Source of the DNA: Haplodiscus bocki
Taxonomy: Eukaryota
Reading direction: 5' to 3'
DNA: 64,000 nucleotides
Assembly: GCA_965655095.1 (NCBI GenBank)
Contig: OZ296658.1
Location: 12,028,001-12,092,000, forward strand
The notes below the pieces were generated by a model. That model did not search any database, was not told where the DNA came from, and saw nothing but the letters and a program-made list of their open reading frames with translations. This document shows positions 27,253-41,819 of this stretch, in pieces; the first letter of the stretch is position 1, and each line of letters starts with the position of its first letter. Both the position numbers and the translations under genes were made by a program.

Positions 27253-28677
27253 ATAATTAGAATCAATTAATAAAACACCAAAAAGTTGTACGTGGCATCA
27301 AAACAAACCAAAGTGCTCCTGAAGCGCATGATTACTGAGGTTGCCGTTAAAAACCATTTTAGGGGTGAAAAAGCGCAATTATCCATTTTTCGAATGTTAC
27401 CATATGCTAGGCCTTCCTTGGCCATTTTTCAGGGTTATACTGAAACTTGAAAGATTTCAACCGAAAATGAAAAGTTTTCAACTTTTGCAAATTCTTCAAG
27501 TTTCTGGCACCAACAGACAACCGCCGCGCCTCTCGTTCCATGCACGGTCAAGCAGATTTCGTCAGAAGCACTCAAGCAGCACCAATGTTGTGGATCTCGT
27601 CTCAAACGTTCAGCTTGGAAACGGAAGTGTTTTTAACTTCACATAGAATCATTACCTTGAAAGAAGAGCAGTGCTATTTTCATCATTGATTTTTCAAGAG
27701 AAAAGGTCTTAAATTTAGATTTTTTGATTTCTTTCTCCAAAAATTCCAAATGAAAAACACATTTTCGTAATTTTTGTCTCCAAAGTTTTTTCTCGGCTTT
27801 TTTTGGAAATGAAAAACTTAAACAATGGAGTGGAAAACAAAGCTAACGACTAAAATCTCGAATTTATGTATCGTTTTGCTTTCATAATTTGATAATATTG
27901 TCTGAGTTTTAAAATGAACGTTCTCTGTAATGTCTGGAACAAGTGCAGCGCAGCTCAAAATCAGCGTTTCGTGGCATTCTTGCTTCCTTTGCACAGCATG
28001 ATCATAATCAGGAAGAAACGAAAATTTGTAGAATTTTGTCGATTTCAGAGTGGTCGTAAAACAAAGGGCATTGTAATAGACGAACATGTTTTTCTTCAAA
28101 AATTGCCGACTGAAAACGTCCGGGATATTTTGAAGCGATTTCTGTTACTAAATACTTGCTTATTTTTTCAAAAACTAATCCAAAATAATTTAAATAGAAT
28201 TGGTGAATGATTTCAGATTTTGAAGTCTCACTTTTCTAAAACAAGGCTGAACACTGATACTGATACACTAGGCGAGTTCTTGAAGAAAAGTACTCGTCAG
28301 ATACAAAGGGTTTTGTTTATTCCAACGGCGTAGAAGACCAACTGCTAAAAACTGTTCAAAATTTCACCCAAGGTTTATGTACTACATGCTGTTTGTTTGA
28401 CTTTTAGACCTAAACATGGAAAGTCTGCCTGATTTTGTAATGACATAACCTTTCCATATTCCGGAAAATCTCCGAGATGCAAGTATCTATAAACATTGCA
28501 ATACATCTGTAAATGCTGTGAATAATTAGAATCAATTTATAAAACACCAAAAAGTTGTACGTGGCAAACCAAAGTGATATTGAAGCACATGATTACTGAG
28601 GTTGCCGTTAAAAACCGTTTTAGGGGTGAAAAAGCGCGGTTATCCATTTTTCGAATGTTACTATATGCTAAGCCCTT
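27253..28677. repeat. ~160-bp direct repeat pair (27253-27415 and 28522-28677)
   Basis: ATAATTAGAATCAAT...GATTACTGAGGTTGCCGTTAAAAACC...ATGCTA is present twice, about 90% identical with one small indel. Confidence 0.92.
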
Positions 28678-30539
28678 TTCACTCGACAATCTTTCTATAA
28701 AAGCAGACACTGAAAATTCCAAACTTTTGCCTTTCCTCAGCATTGTTCACGGCTCTGAAGAGTCCGACTGAACTGTTTTCAGATTTATAAAATCAAACTT
28801 TAGTTTTGAAAATCAAACAAATTTAGTTTGTAACCAAAAGTCACAAAACGGCTTTCTGATAGTGTTGTAAAAATGCATTTACTGCAATTCACCAACCCTG
28901 TGACTTTTTAGGACAAACTACGTATTTTTAAAGAAAATTTCGCGAAGCATCAGTGATTATATACAGAAATGCAAAATTATAGTTGTTTGAATTTTTCAGA
29001 ATTTGTTAGGCTGGCTGTTTTGTACAGATGCATGAACAGCTTTCATAAGTCTCATACCAAATATTCAGGCCACTTTTGCCGTTTTTTTCTACTATCTTGA
29101 CTGCCAAAGGGAACTTCCAAAAAAGCTTGCTAAAATTTGTAGTTTTCTACATTTTCAGAAATTTTCTGAAGTGATTAAATTAATGGAGATGCGACCCTTG
29201 ACGACTGAAATCTCAATCTTGGATCTTATTAAAGGTTAATCGTAATTTTGACACCTAAAAAGGTAATTTTTAAAAGACGAGTAACTTTCGCTATTCTGTC
29301 AACTTTCAATACCAAAATTCGGAGCCACATTGCCAATCTTTTCGGATAAGCATGAAAGATTTCGTTCGCTGAAAAGGCTCAACTCTTGAAATATGAATTG
29401 AATTGTGTCAAAAACTGCAAGCTTTATCTGTAACATTGAAACTATATATCACGTGATTTATTTCAATAAACAATGTAAAGGAATGTTTATTCATATCATT
29501 TTAGCTGCTGTTGTTCCCGGATCTCTTTGTCCGATGAATCAGACGTTCAAGCCGTTCTTTCAGAAATTGGAAGACACGGTCACCGGGATAAAATGGCCAA
29601 ATTGAACGACAAACTGCGAAAAAGTTGCAAAAAATTGCATTGGAGGTTGAAAAAGTCCTTGATTTTCGTAATCAATTGCGGGCAGCGGAATCGAGAATGT
29701 TTCACTAAAAAAGACTGCATTCTTGAACAAAAACCCATAACCCACCTTTAGATGACAACAAACAAAAGAAGAAACAAGGCTGAAAATTTTTGGAATTTCC
29801 TGGGAATGTACTGAAAACTGGAGGAGTCGACAGCAAATCATTGAAGGCTTCTCACATCTTCCCCTCAAAAACACTTGCTTCAAGGAATAGCGCCAGCTCT
29901 AATCATCTAGTTCATTTCGATCTCAGACAGGGACGATATGTGCAAAACTGGCCAAAAATTAAAATTCAAAGAAATCCAATTAAAGGTCAAAACGTGGAAA
30001 AAGTTGAAAAACTCCCTTTTCTGGAAAATCTGGAAATCAAGCCGAAAAAAGAAACTTTTTAATTACAACAAGGATCAAAACGGTATCTTTTTCATGTTAA
30101 CGCAAAGACGAGAACGTGTTTGTTTATTCAACACACATCGATATGTGTAAACTGCAGTGTCCATTCATGAGAAATTTTCACGCGCAGAATGTTCTACATT
30201 ATCGGCAGGGATCCAAAAGAAAAGAAGCCAGAGACAACAATGACCAAACAGGAGGGCGAGATAGATCGAAACAAAGCTGCAAAAAAATGGGGGACACCGA
30301 AGCAGATCAAATCAAGTTTGTTCGGTATTTTTGTTGAAACGCGAAAAAAACTTATGAAAAGTAACAGCTAACGTACCTCAACTCAGCATGTCTAAGGCGC
30401 ATTGAAAAAAATATTATAAATTATCTTTTTGTTGAACACACTTCAAAGCAAAAAAACTTGTTTATTAGCTTTACCTGCACTAAAAATTTACTTAGCAAGC
30501 TCCAATTCATTTTAAAAACAAAGAGAATGGGCAAAGATC

Positions 30540-31010
30540 ACTATTGGATTTCCGCAACAGTGAATTGCAAGTACTTGACCCAAAGTATTCCTCAGCAACG
30601 TCAACACGGTTGCAGTGATTTCGATGACAAGTGAAATATCACAAATGGAATTTGAGGCATCAGGATGTGGTGTTGTTGTAAATTCTGCACCAGAGACAAA
30701 GTTTACTGAAAATTTGGATTACATTGTTTGACGACTTTTCTGATTGCCGCGACGCTTTGATGATGATATGCACTACCACAGGAAACACTCGTTATTACTA
30801 ATGAGCTTTAATATTTCTGGAAAAATTGAAATGACTGCTAAGAACAAAATTATCGTTTCAATACTTGTTTCTACAACAATTGTAATCAATCTCCAAAAAA
30901 TTTTACCTATTGGAGACTCTCTTCATTCACAAAGAGCAACGAAGTATGATAAATTTGAGGCAGAGCTTCCACCAACATCGATATTGAATCATTTTCTCCC
31001 CTGAACTACC
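30540..31010 (+). pseudogene. Possible Polinton/Maverick major capsid protein N-terminal relic
   Basis: SQMEFEASG and STTIVINLQKILPIGDSLHSQRA resemble Polinton MCP N-terminal motifs as I recall them. Heavily decayed. Confidence 0.3.
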
Positions 31011-32112
31011 TGGACATTATTGCAACTAGCCATGAAAAACGAGTGGGTGGTGCGGCTTTTTTTCGTCAAAATGCGTAGTTCTAACATTGTAACAGTTACA
31101 CAATCAAACGAAATTCAAGTTTTGATGATTAAATTGGTGAACGTTTTCTTCCCACAAATTTGTTCAAAGCACCAAGTTAAAAGCACGAACAAATGGTGGA
31201 AGTCAGAGAGTCCCCTGTTCTGAATCTGACGTTACTCATTAGCAAACATCCTTTAGGTGGAGACTTTAGTTTTAACGTGCCGGTAAAAACCAAAAAGAAC
31301 AAGAAGTCTGTTGACTCTGCTGAGTACAATTCGCCTTGTAGTCTTTAATCCTTTCAGTTAGTACTAATCGAGCGATGCCGAAAGTTCCTTTTGTGGCGCC
31401 CAAAGAACTATTTTTCCCCAATTTTTAATGAAAATGAATGTGACTGCTAGCGCTGAAACATCATTTTTGTGTTTTATGCTGTGATCCTCTGAACAAATGT
31501 GAGAAAATTTTTGAAAGAAAAAGCTTCTACTTGCTGCTGGAAAAACATAAGTGATTTTGCAAAATTTTGAAAAAGATTTTTTGGCTCAATCAACAGCTCA
31601 AAATTATTCAACACCAAACATGTCCTTGATCCTCCAGATCAACTTTTCACAAACTCAATGAAAATAAAAGAGAAACACTTGACTAATACGTGCTACTGAG
31701 AAAAACAAGATACGTACCGGAACTTTTCTCAAAACATGGAGGCTAAAAGAATGTCAAATTGTCCATTACTGTTCTATAAGAAGTTCAAGGTTTACTAGCA
31801 GAAAAATAATTCCTCAGAAAGTTGCAAAAAAGAAAAAATGTACTAGAATAGAAAAAAAAATTTGAGGCAAGTAGAAACAAATTATTTTGAGAAAAAATTG
31901 ACACGCGAGGAAAAAAGTCAGGAAGAAAACTCAACAAACGTGAGGTTCCAGAATTATATCAAACTAAATTGATCATCAAAAAAGATTAAAGAAAGAAATG
32001 AACAGTTTTCTAAGCAAATCCAGGAAAAAAAAACGAAGTAGAAATTCAGTGATGGTCAAGGCATGATTTACAATATGGTGATAAATTCAATCGTTTTTAC
32101 TTTCTTTCTTTC

Positions 32113-32114
32113 CC

Positions 32115-32171
<57 letters not shown>

Positions 32172-32205
32172 GTCTGTCTCTCTTTTTTTCTCTTTCTCTC
32201 TCTCT
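32113..32205. repeat. (CT)n microsatellite with CTGT interruptions
   Basis: Read directly from the sequence. Confidence 0.98.
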
Positions 32206-34222
32206 ACTGTTGAGGAATTACAGAAATGTTTTTTTGGATAAGAAAAGAGAATCGAGTGAAGACGAGTTTGAAGTCAGTAGCCACTTCATAAGTTTGATAG
32301 CCAGCACCATTGCATCTCCACTAGCAACCCTATTGAAAAGAGTTTTTGACAAACAGTTTTTCTTGAGATTATGGGATATTCCGAATTATATCCAAACTTG
32401 AGATCGAGACCTAAAATCATCTGCTCCAACGACAAACGATCATTATGAGTAGTAACTTTTTGGTAAACTACTCGAAGAGTTGTTGGAGAGGAAAGACTCG
32501 ATACTTTTCGGCAAAAAAATTTTCCCCGACGAATTGTTTTCAGACCAAAAAAAAAGCATGGTTGATAGACGATGTGTAGAGGACAAGTTAACAACTCATT
32601 GAACTTTCCTAATTTTGAAACAAACAGTTGCTGCCTTAGATCAAAAACACTTTCGCCTACGATCACTTGAGAGTTCCAGTTATTCTTATTCGGAAGCCGT
32701 AATTGACAAACCGACAGCTGAAGGTATCTTTAACTCATGGTTATTCGAAAAACTGTTCAATTTTTTTGAAGTCCCCAGCCTTTTTTGATATCTGTGGATG
32801 AGTTTCAATTGTCTGTGAAGAACTAAAATAACTGTTCGTTGATGAGAAACCGAATGTGTGAACATACAAGGCTTTGGACCGCAAAATAAACACAATGACG
32901 TTTTTTGGAGTTGAAATGTAGATGGTTGAAAACAAACTAAGGCAAATAACTTCAAGAATCACTTGTTACACTTTGGAGTTATAAAGATCAACTTAAAGTT
33001 TCATTTTAGGTTTGCATAAACAAGTGGTCCAACATAACACTTAGGCTTTGCCATTGAAAAAGAATTGAAATAAGTATAAGACATTTAAATAGCACACCAC
33101 AAAATAATGCAAAACAAAGAGCCAATTGAAATCTTCAGAAGGTTTTTGTCAAAAACTATAGCTTTCCAGTCATAGAAATTAATCATTCAGCTTTCTTTCC
33201 AACTTAGAAATTCTTTTTTTTTGGGAGTCGAATTGAGACAAAACTGGTCAGACATGAATGTGGCAAGAAGCATATACAAAGAACCATCGGTGGAAAAATT
33301 TAGTTGCACCCAACTTTGATCAACGTCAGAAACACATGAACTCTCGATTGCGAAAGACACATCACCGAATTGACAAAAGGACTCAGCACGTGTCCACGTT
33401 TGAACGAAAGTAGCCGAAGCCTAAGTAATGTTTTCATTCTTTTTGAAACTAAAAGTTTTCCAAACGAAAAGGACATGAACCCTAAAATGCTGAAGTAAGA
33501 AGACAATTTTTTTCTAAAGAACATGTTTCCATGAGATTAGGAAAGCTTTAAAATGTTGCTCTAGCATAGAAAACGTACAATTTTGAGAGAAATTCGGTGA
33601 GTAATCAGTTCGGTTTGCCAAACTGTCAAAAATATGTGAGATAAACATTTCTACGTTAGTTTGGGCCACTGAAAAATCTTTCGTTTACTTTTTTAAAACT
33701 GAATGACAATCTGACTAATTGAGTGACTTTTCAATTACATAAGCAAAATTAAACTCTAATCTTTCCAATTCTTCCTTACCCAAACTTTTCTCCAGGTGTG
33801 TTAGTGCTTTAGTCTTTTTGCCTGTCGAAAAGAAAAGGTAATTTTTGAAATACTTCAATCATGCTGAGTAAAATAACGGGACCATTGCAGCTGATATTTG
33901 CAGGCAGCCATTTTGGCATTTTGGGAAATAACTGCCGTAATTTGACAGTTATGTTTTTAAACGTTAGGTAAATTTGAGATGCTTTGATTCTTCATGGTAA
34001 TGTTTCGAAATCTATGACTCTTAGCCGATGCATCAATATTGCAGTAAAATAGGAATTCAGGTATGTGAACAGAATAAAACTTGAAATACTGTGCATTAAT
34101 AACTTCCAGTTTATGCAAAACGAACAAACAACGGATGCAAACAGTGTGTTTACTAGAAAAACAGCGAACGTTAGTTTTGAAGAGTATGATTTCTCCTGAA
34201 AAAGTTTTTTTACTCATGTCGG

Positions 34223-35897
34223 TGTCGCAGCACACCTGCGAGGCATGCGGCCAACCCGTTCCAGCCAGAAAGACACCCTAATGCTCAGGGGAAAACTCAA
34301 ATTTGAAACTATTAATTAGACTCTAAACTAATTACTCATAAATCATTTTCAATCATTGTGCATATACACGGATACGTACTTAATATGTATCCATAACAAA
34401 TGTACAGAAATATAGTGGTACGTATTTTATACGGAACATTTTACTAAACTGATCCAGACTAGGACGGAACCGTTACGGAACAAACAAGTATTCATAGAGC
34501 AATTATCCTTAAAGGTGCTATTTTTATATTAATCTATTTAATTAGATATTAACTATAAATCCACCCTTTTGGTACAATTTCGGTGATTAATTACAATAAG
34601 TGCAGTTTATAGCAGTGCTTGAAGTTAAATTAGTGCTAGAAATAGCGTGATTTATTCGTAATAAATTGACTCTCGGATTGAATATTTCTTCCGTACGCGT
34701 TCCGTCGTCACTAGTCTGATGACGTCACAACCATTCTTATAGTTATGCTGTGCTGCAGTGCTATGGTGAATGCGGAGTGACTCCGTATTCACTCCTAATT
34801 TGAGCACGGTTGACTGAATTGAAACTAATACTACTAGTGGCTACGGAACTGTTCCGGATACCACTAGTAGTGATACTAGTTTCTCCTCATATCCAAAAGA
34901 CTAAAAGACTAAATAATCAAGTGATGATGAAATGAACATGAAGATGATGAGTAAATGTATTCGTATAGCAAAGTCATGTATTTTATATTTTATTTGTTTT
35001 TTCATTTTTTCCTTTTTAAGTTATTTTATTTTCCCTTCCCAATTAAGGATATTACTAATACCAAGACTATAAACAAGATGTCGGCACGGGAGTAAACACT
35101 TTGATGTCCATCTCCGACGGATTAGGACCGTCCATTTTCTGTCGAAAGACGGGAAAGGCGCGTCCTATGATGGAAGAGATGGATGGAAAAGTTGTTTATA
35201 TCCCGCCAGAGTTGGCATTTTTGACTTTGATGTGATAATGTATAGAGTACTTTTCCCTATTTGTACCTTGACTTGGCGTGTAAACAATTATGTTTCCCGC
35301 CAGGAAACGGTATAAATAGGAGAAATGAAAGTACAGAGGGGACACGTTTTTATTTTTTGTGGAGTACTGACGATAATATTCCAGTACTGTTAACTCCCTT
35401 CATTGTATCATTTTTAACTGTAAAACCCAGTATTGATTTTCTCATTCAACAAAAATAATCAAATATTACTGATTGATCATTACCTTTCCCGTAGAAGATG
35501 ACAACTCGAAATGAGAGAAAATTGGCAGCGTTGAATAAGGAAAATTGTGAAGAACATCCTAGGAGCAACTTGGCACAAAACTCAAACGCTCCTAGATCGC
35601 AGGAAGACTACATAACTCAAGTTTCCGAGGAAATTGAGGGAAGGGTCACAAAAAGGTTGTCAAAGGAGTTCAGTAGAACAGAAAACCGAATTCTAGGCGC
35701 ATTAGCGCGTCTTGATGATTTTCTTATGAACCCGCTACTACAGGGCCACTCCGGAGCCACTCCGGAGCCCTCCCGGCACGCATTAAGCAATAACCAGGGA
35801 ACGAATTAGGACGACTCCCAGAATGATCCTCATCCTGAAGCGGGTCTCTTCCACGGTCGGATAGCACAAAACTCTGGCCCAGAAGAAGGCCACGACA
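34223..35897 (+). mobile_element. 1675-bp solo LTR with a gag N-terminal stub (35498-35897)
   Basis: Termini TGTCG...CGACA; 5-bp TSD GTCGG/CTCGG (4/5). The ORF MTTRNERKLAALNKENCEEHPRSN...NQGTN*DDSQ...EEGHD runs to the terminal CA with one premature TAG. Confidence 0.85.
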
Positions 35898-35999
35898 CTC
35901 GGCTTTTCAAAAGTCTACTCTTTTTAAATTTTCCTCTTCTGACATCTACTTGCAATACCTTTACGATAATTCCGTTAAAATTTGAAAGTTTCTTTTTCT

Positions 36000-38900
36000 T
36001 GTGCCAATTCGGTTGGGGTTTGTATTGTCCTTTGCTTTCAATTTGGCGGTGGTTTTGACAGCTTTCACTTTGGTTCTACTTGATTGTTTGGCTGGTCTTC
36101 GAGTTGCAGAATTTTTGGCAACCTATCATTTGCTGGAAAAGTTCGATTTGTTGAAACGGCGTTATATTCAAACTCCAAACGTGGCTTAACTGGCTCGTCG
36201 AATCCAACAGCCTCTTTTTCATTGTTTGGCTGCGTGGTTACTTTGTTCGTCATCAGAGTTTTTTGTGATCATGGCACGTTCTGTTGAGCTCATTTCTTAT
36301 TTTTTTTCAGGTCTATATCGGTTTTTTTTATTGTGGTCTACTTGTTGGACATTAAACAAGATTTTTGGAGAATTTTCTGTTTTAGGAAATTGTGTGTTCT
36401 CGCTCCTCATTTGGGCTGAAAGACCGAGGGCTCCGAAGTATGAAGTTTTTTCACAGAAAACTCCGCAGCTCGTTAATCTCGCTGCTGCCCCACTCTGCTG
36501 GAGAGGCTGACTTCATTGGAGTGCCAACATCTCCGTTAGCTTAAATTACGGGCTGCTTGGCACCTTAAGGCATAAACGTGGTTGTGTGGTCAGTTTCCTC
36601 GTTCAACCTGCCAGTCCATATCGTGGACGCAACCTCTAGTTTGGCGCTGCTTGAGCACTCTCTAAGAAATATTGCGGAGTCCCTTTCCAGTGGGAAGTCG
36701 ATGTTAGTCATTTTCAATACGCGCTTGTAAGATGAGAGGATTCAGCTCGATCATTTATTTCAGATGATGGCTAATTCTGCCCCCATGTGTATCTCAGACG
36801 AAAATCTCGAATCGTCGGTTGATTTATTTCATACTCAAGGGATATAAAAATTCAAAGAGACCCATTTTCAATCAATACAGATATTCTCGTCTATTCGTAT
36901 CTAACGGTAATAGCTTGACATTTCGGCATCTTTTTAAAATCCATGGAAGTCTTTGAGACAAAGAAGTAATCCTTGTCACTATGAGATACACTCGTTAGGT
37001 TTCGGAAATCTATCCGCCTAACAATTATTCCAAAAAATCCCTTTGCGAAACGGTATGTTTCGGTTACTTTTCCACCGATAAATTGGAACTTAGTGTGTTT
37101 GGCGGTTTCTGACTGACCGTACGCAAAGGTCTTATTCAGAAAAATAAATGGCGTTTTCTCCTTTGACTTTCATTTTTCCCAGCTGTGAGTTCCGTAAACT
37201 TTTTCAAGTTCAGCTGATTGTTTTTGTCTTTTACTATTTTAGCGTTCATCGCCCTGGCGTCTTGTCTCTTGTCAACTGAGCTGTTTTTTTAACTTGCCGT
37301 ACTGGAGGCTCTTTGTTTTTGATCTCAGTTTCTGTTTTTAAAATGTGGTTCTTTGAACTATTCTAAAAAAAATTTTAGACTCCGATGGTAACTAAACCGT
37401 TTTCGTTACCCTTGGATGTTTCTGGTCTTTCTTTCATTTTGACTTTCAGTTGATGATTGTTTCTCAGTCCACCTCTGCACAACGAATTAAGAAACCTAAT
37501 TTTGATTCGCTCAGCTATTTTTCCTTCTTTGCTCTAGTTGGTTCATTCTTCCGATTGAACTCATCCCACTTTAGTGTCAATTGCGTTCATATGGTTCTTT
37601 CTGGTTTTGATGTCGAATAGCTGAGTTGGCTCACCCATTCAATGACAGCAATTGCTTTTCTGCGTCATCTCACAAAAATTACACGCTCCTTCTTCAGTTT
37701 TTAATCCCGATCGCACTTAATAGAAAGTATAACTAATCACATCCAGTGGCCGTCCATATAGTTCGGCAATTTTTTAAACCAGTGTATTGGTTAAATGAAC
37801 TCTACGCAACAACTTTCAGAACTCTTCTGATATGGTCTATTGTTAAAAAGAAACAAAGGCACCTCAATGTGAAATTAGTTGGGATGTTTTTCCATCAGGA
37901 AATCAATCGTGTAAATTGGAGGGTTTTCTGCATCGTCGCGACAGTTTGTTACAATTTGGTTTTCATCTTTTGATTAATCCTTGGATTCTTTTTCGTTTTT
38001 AATTGCGTTGAATCGCCAGAAGCCAAAATAAAAACAAAGAATCCGCTTCAACGTGCCTCGAATTTGCTTTTATACCAGCCACTTTTGTAACAACTTGCAA
38101 AATGTCTGAGACACTCAGGGTTGTATCACCTCTAGCATACAGCACAACAACTTTTTGTGGGCTCTTGACTAAATTTTACACCACATTGAAAACTTTTTTC
38201 GCCAACTTCAGTTGGTCTGTTGATTGCACATACATACAGATATAGTTTTAGTTCCCCCTTTCTGCCATTTTCCATTCCCGAAGATTCCTTTCGCCTAGTT
38301 ACTTCTTAAAAAACTGCTAAAAATTGTGATTGTATCTTCTGACTTGTACTTCCAGAGTCGACAAGTTTCTGCTCAAGATTGATGAGTGGTCCTGATAGTA
38401 TATATTTCAGTCACAAACGGACAAGATTTCGTAGCTCACGACATACGTTTCAAAGAGCATTTGGTCTAAATTTGAGTTTTGTTGTTGGCCGTTCAAAGTG
38501 CTATTCAGAGAAAAATTTTGTGCAAAACTCCTTTCCATGGAAAATCGGCGTTCGCGTTTCAGTGCTCCAGAGCTGTAATTAGAATCCTGTTTTCAGTCAG
38601 AGTGAAAAGTGACGGTTCGTAGAGTGCGAATAATCATCGGTATTATATCGTCAGTGTAACTTTTGGTCTTTTGGTTACGCCTCATAGCAAAGGTTGGTTG
38701 CCTAAACTAAATAACTTCAGGAAAAATTTTCGGTATGTTAATGATAAACGACCTGTTCCTGTGCCAAACATGAAATCGACTTCGAGTAAACTTTCTTTTT
38801 GACGGTAAATCAGTGGGGAAGTAGAAAAGACCATATCAGACCCTGACTTGAACTTATTTGCTTCATCCGGTGTCGGAGATTTCCGAAGTATGAAGGAAAA

Positions 38901-40450
38901 AACCTGAAAGAGTGTTTCATACACTTTCCACCAGATTATTGATGAACTTGTTTGTTTTGGTTGTGGGTAGATTGTTGTTTTGCGGCAGTACTGACCCTCA
39001 GTTCTACTGACTAAAGGGAATGTTTGGTATAGCGTTGAAGTTATGCTGAGTCTTTCTGTTGTTCGGTCTGTTTGTCCACGAGTTCATGCTTTTCTCTGGG
39101 ATGTTTTGTCCACCTGTGTTTAGATCCCTGTTGGGAATGAAGCTGTTTTTTCTGATGGCGATTCTGATTTCTGTGATTGTCGCATTTGTGTTTTTGACCA
39201 CGTTTCTGGAAGTTCTGAGACTCAAAATTCATTTCGCTACTGTTGTTTCAGTCATGAGTGAAAATTGGTCCACATTCCTATTTAATTCGTGCCTACTCTC
39301 TCTTAGCTTCGTCGTCGTTCATTTTATCCAAGCAAAGCTGGACTGTTTGTCCGTTTTTTCAGCGAAAATGACACTACAAGTTTTTTTGTCCTCATTCATT
39401 GCTCAATTCGACTTAGACTGGTTTAGGTGGCTCTGTAGTTTTCCTTTGAGGATTGAGAGGATCGTTGATCTGTTGCTGTCAGGGGTTATTTTCAATATCT
39501 GTCATGGCAGTAGGAACTGCTTCTGCTTAGACTGTTTCAACAGCGTCCTCAGAATTAAATTGGGTCTAAAAAGCATCCCGATAGTCATTTGCGTGTTCAG
39601 TCAGATCTTCGTGATCTTTTTTCATCAAGCCGTTGGGCTTGAGTCCTCTGATTGGCCTTTCGATAAATTTGCGTGTCTTTGGTTCCATTAGTTCTCTCTC
39701 GCTGTATTGATTCCGTTCGGAGCGAGAGGCTAGCCTTTCTGGAGATACTTTTAGCTATGGGATATTATTTCTTGATCAGCTGTTCATTGGTTTGTACACC
39801 GTGTCCTTCTGAGATTCTGTATCTCTGTTTGTATTTGCCATGAGCAAAAAAAATGGCAATGAAAAAAATTAAGGTCTGGGCCAGAGTAGTTTTGGTATCT
39901 ATCGATTTTCGATACCATTTTGCTGCTGGTCCTCAAAGGAGGGAAGAATTGAGTGCTCACTGTCTGGAAAGATAACACGCTGGCTCTGCATTGTCAACTG
40001 GTTGTGAACCAAGTGAAACGTTGCTCCTGAGTTCAATTGTGAGTGTAAAAACTGCATCCGGATAGGAGGTTGTTTCCCAAGAGCTTTTCTAGAACAGGTT
40101 TTGGAGATCAATTTGTTTTCTCAGGAATGCTCACCTGTATATTCTCTGTTCGTGGTTGTCGTTCTCACTGGTTCACCGCAAGTCTTCTTTTTTATGCTTG
40201 CTTCAATACGATGCACACTGCTCCTGCTTGTGAAGTCCTCAATACTTCTCAGTTGCTTTACTCTTTCTCGTCTGTCTTACTTTTTCACAAGCTTGTTTAT
40301 GCCTCACTTTTCGCACCAGTTTGAGAAAAGTCGAGTGGGGTTTTTGGAGGTAGAAATCCCAGAAGCTCTCTACTCCAAGCAATTTTCCATACCTAAATCT
40401 TATGATAAGTCTGTTCTTTCAAAGTTGACAAGGCTGCCTTCCTACACTTC
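36000..40450 (-). pseudogene. Very old Gypsy gag-pol relic
   Basis: Faint minus-strand motifs in Gypsy order. RT-like IRIAIRK and LLEVDFMFGTG (39200-38750). RNase H-like FHGKEF (~38540). Integrase-like IAELYGRPLDVI (~37760). Boundaries approximate. Confidence 0.5.
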
Positions 40451-41819
40451 AACAAAATTTGTCTGATCACTGCGTTCGAAATGAACGTTTTTGATTTTGT
40501 TACTTTGCAAAAAAAAGAATATAGAAATTGAATTCCTTAAAAAATGAATCGGGAGTTAGAGTATTACCACTAGAAAGTTCGGTTCAGTAAAAGAATCTTG
40601 GAGACAAAACATAAGAGTAAACCTAACAAACATTTATATGAAGAGAAAAGAGTCTTCAAACAATAATGGTTCAGAGAGCCAATCAGTACATTATTTTAAG
40701 TATTCTTTTGTTGCATCCTCTTTTTTTCACTTTTTGTCAAATTTTGACAACTTGGCTGGATGCTAGTTTGCCGAATAAGTTGCCACACAGTTTTTACGCC
40801 TGCAATACGCTATGTGTGTCTGCTTTGACCAAAAGTTGTTCTCTTAAGGTAGAGCCTCAAGTCCGCGATTAAAAGGACTGGTCTTATCCTTGATACGTCC
40901 ATAAAACTGTTACTTTTTGTTGTCCCCCCCCAGGGAAAGACTACCTCAAAAGAGATAAATTCATTTTTCCCAGCATTGCATGGAACGCCGAATCGATCAT
41001 TGTGAAATTCGGAACAAGAGTTCTAAAAAAATAGATATTAAGTTGGAGATGAAATAAAATAAAATACTAATTTTTGAAAGCTAAAGTTAAAATTAGCTAC
41101 TTGGGTACTTAAAAATATCAAAATAGAAATTAAATATGAAAAAAAACAGAAATGGCATCCAAGAAAATGATTGGAAAAACTTTCAGCTAACGATTACATC
41201 ATACAGCACTGCATAGGAGATAGAGCCATTGTTTGCTGAAAAGGGCTAAAAGAAAATGACGCAGCTTGTGATGTTTTTTCTGAGCTGATCAGACAGGCTC
41301 TCCGGTCCCAGTTTTTTGCGCTATTTTCGCTAAATTTCAGCCAATTGTCTGCTTACTAGATTGAAGATAGCACAAGATTTGCCGCTAATATGACTTCAAG
41401 TCACGTGACTGATCATGTTACCTTGCAATCGTCAGTATTCAAGATATCTATAAATACGTGACGTCAGATGACGTTATTGTCTCAAGAGGGTTGTTGCTCG
41501 CCAAGATTTTTATTGGCAGCTAGTGTCCTCAAGTGGTTGTAGCCAGTGAATTGTTTCGCGCGTGCATAAAACATATAAAAAGGCAAAAAAAAAATTCGAG
41601 AATGCTGCTGAGCGTTTTTTTACTTAGTTTTCCTGGTTTTGGGTATAGTTTTTCTTTTGTCTACCATATGTCACTGACGGAAAATTTGAAGTTGTCAAAA
41701 TAGCTGTTACTGGTAAATAGGGCAATTAATGTTCTTTCAATTCTTCCAATCTCACTTGTTAGCCATCAGAATGGAAACATCCATGGACTCACAAAACGTG
41801 AAACTGTCCTTTTTTCGGG

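Noticed and set aside
32063-32401. ORF with an LSLSLS run
   Set aside because: It is a translation of the (CT)n microsatellite.
39059-39691. 210-aa hydrophobic plus-strand ORF resembling a membrane or env protein
   Set aside because: It is the antisense shadow of the A-rich minus-strand Gypsy pol relic. T-rich codons produce the apparent hydrophobicity.
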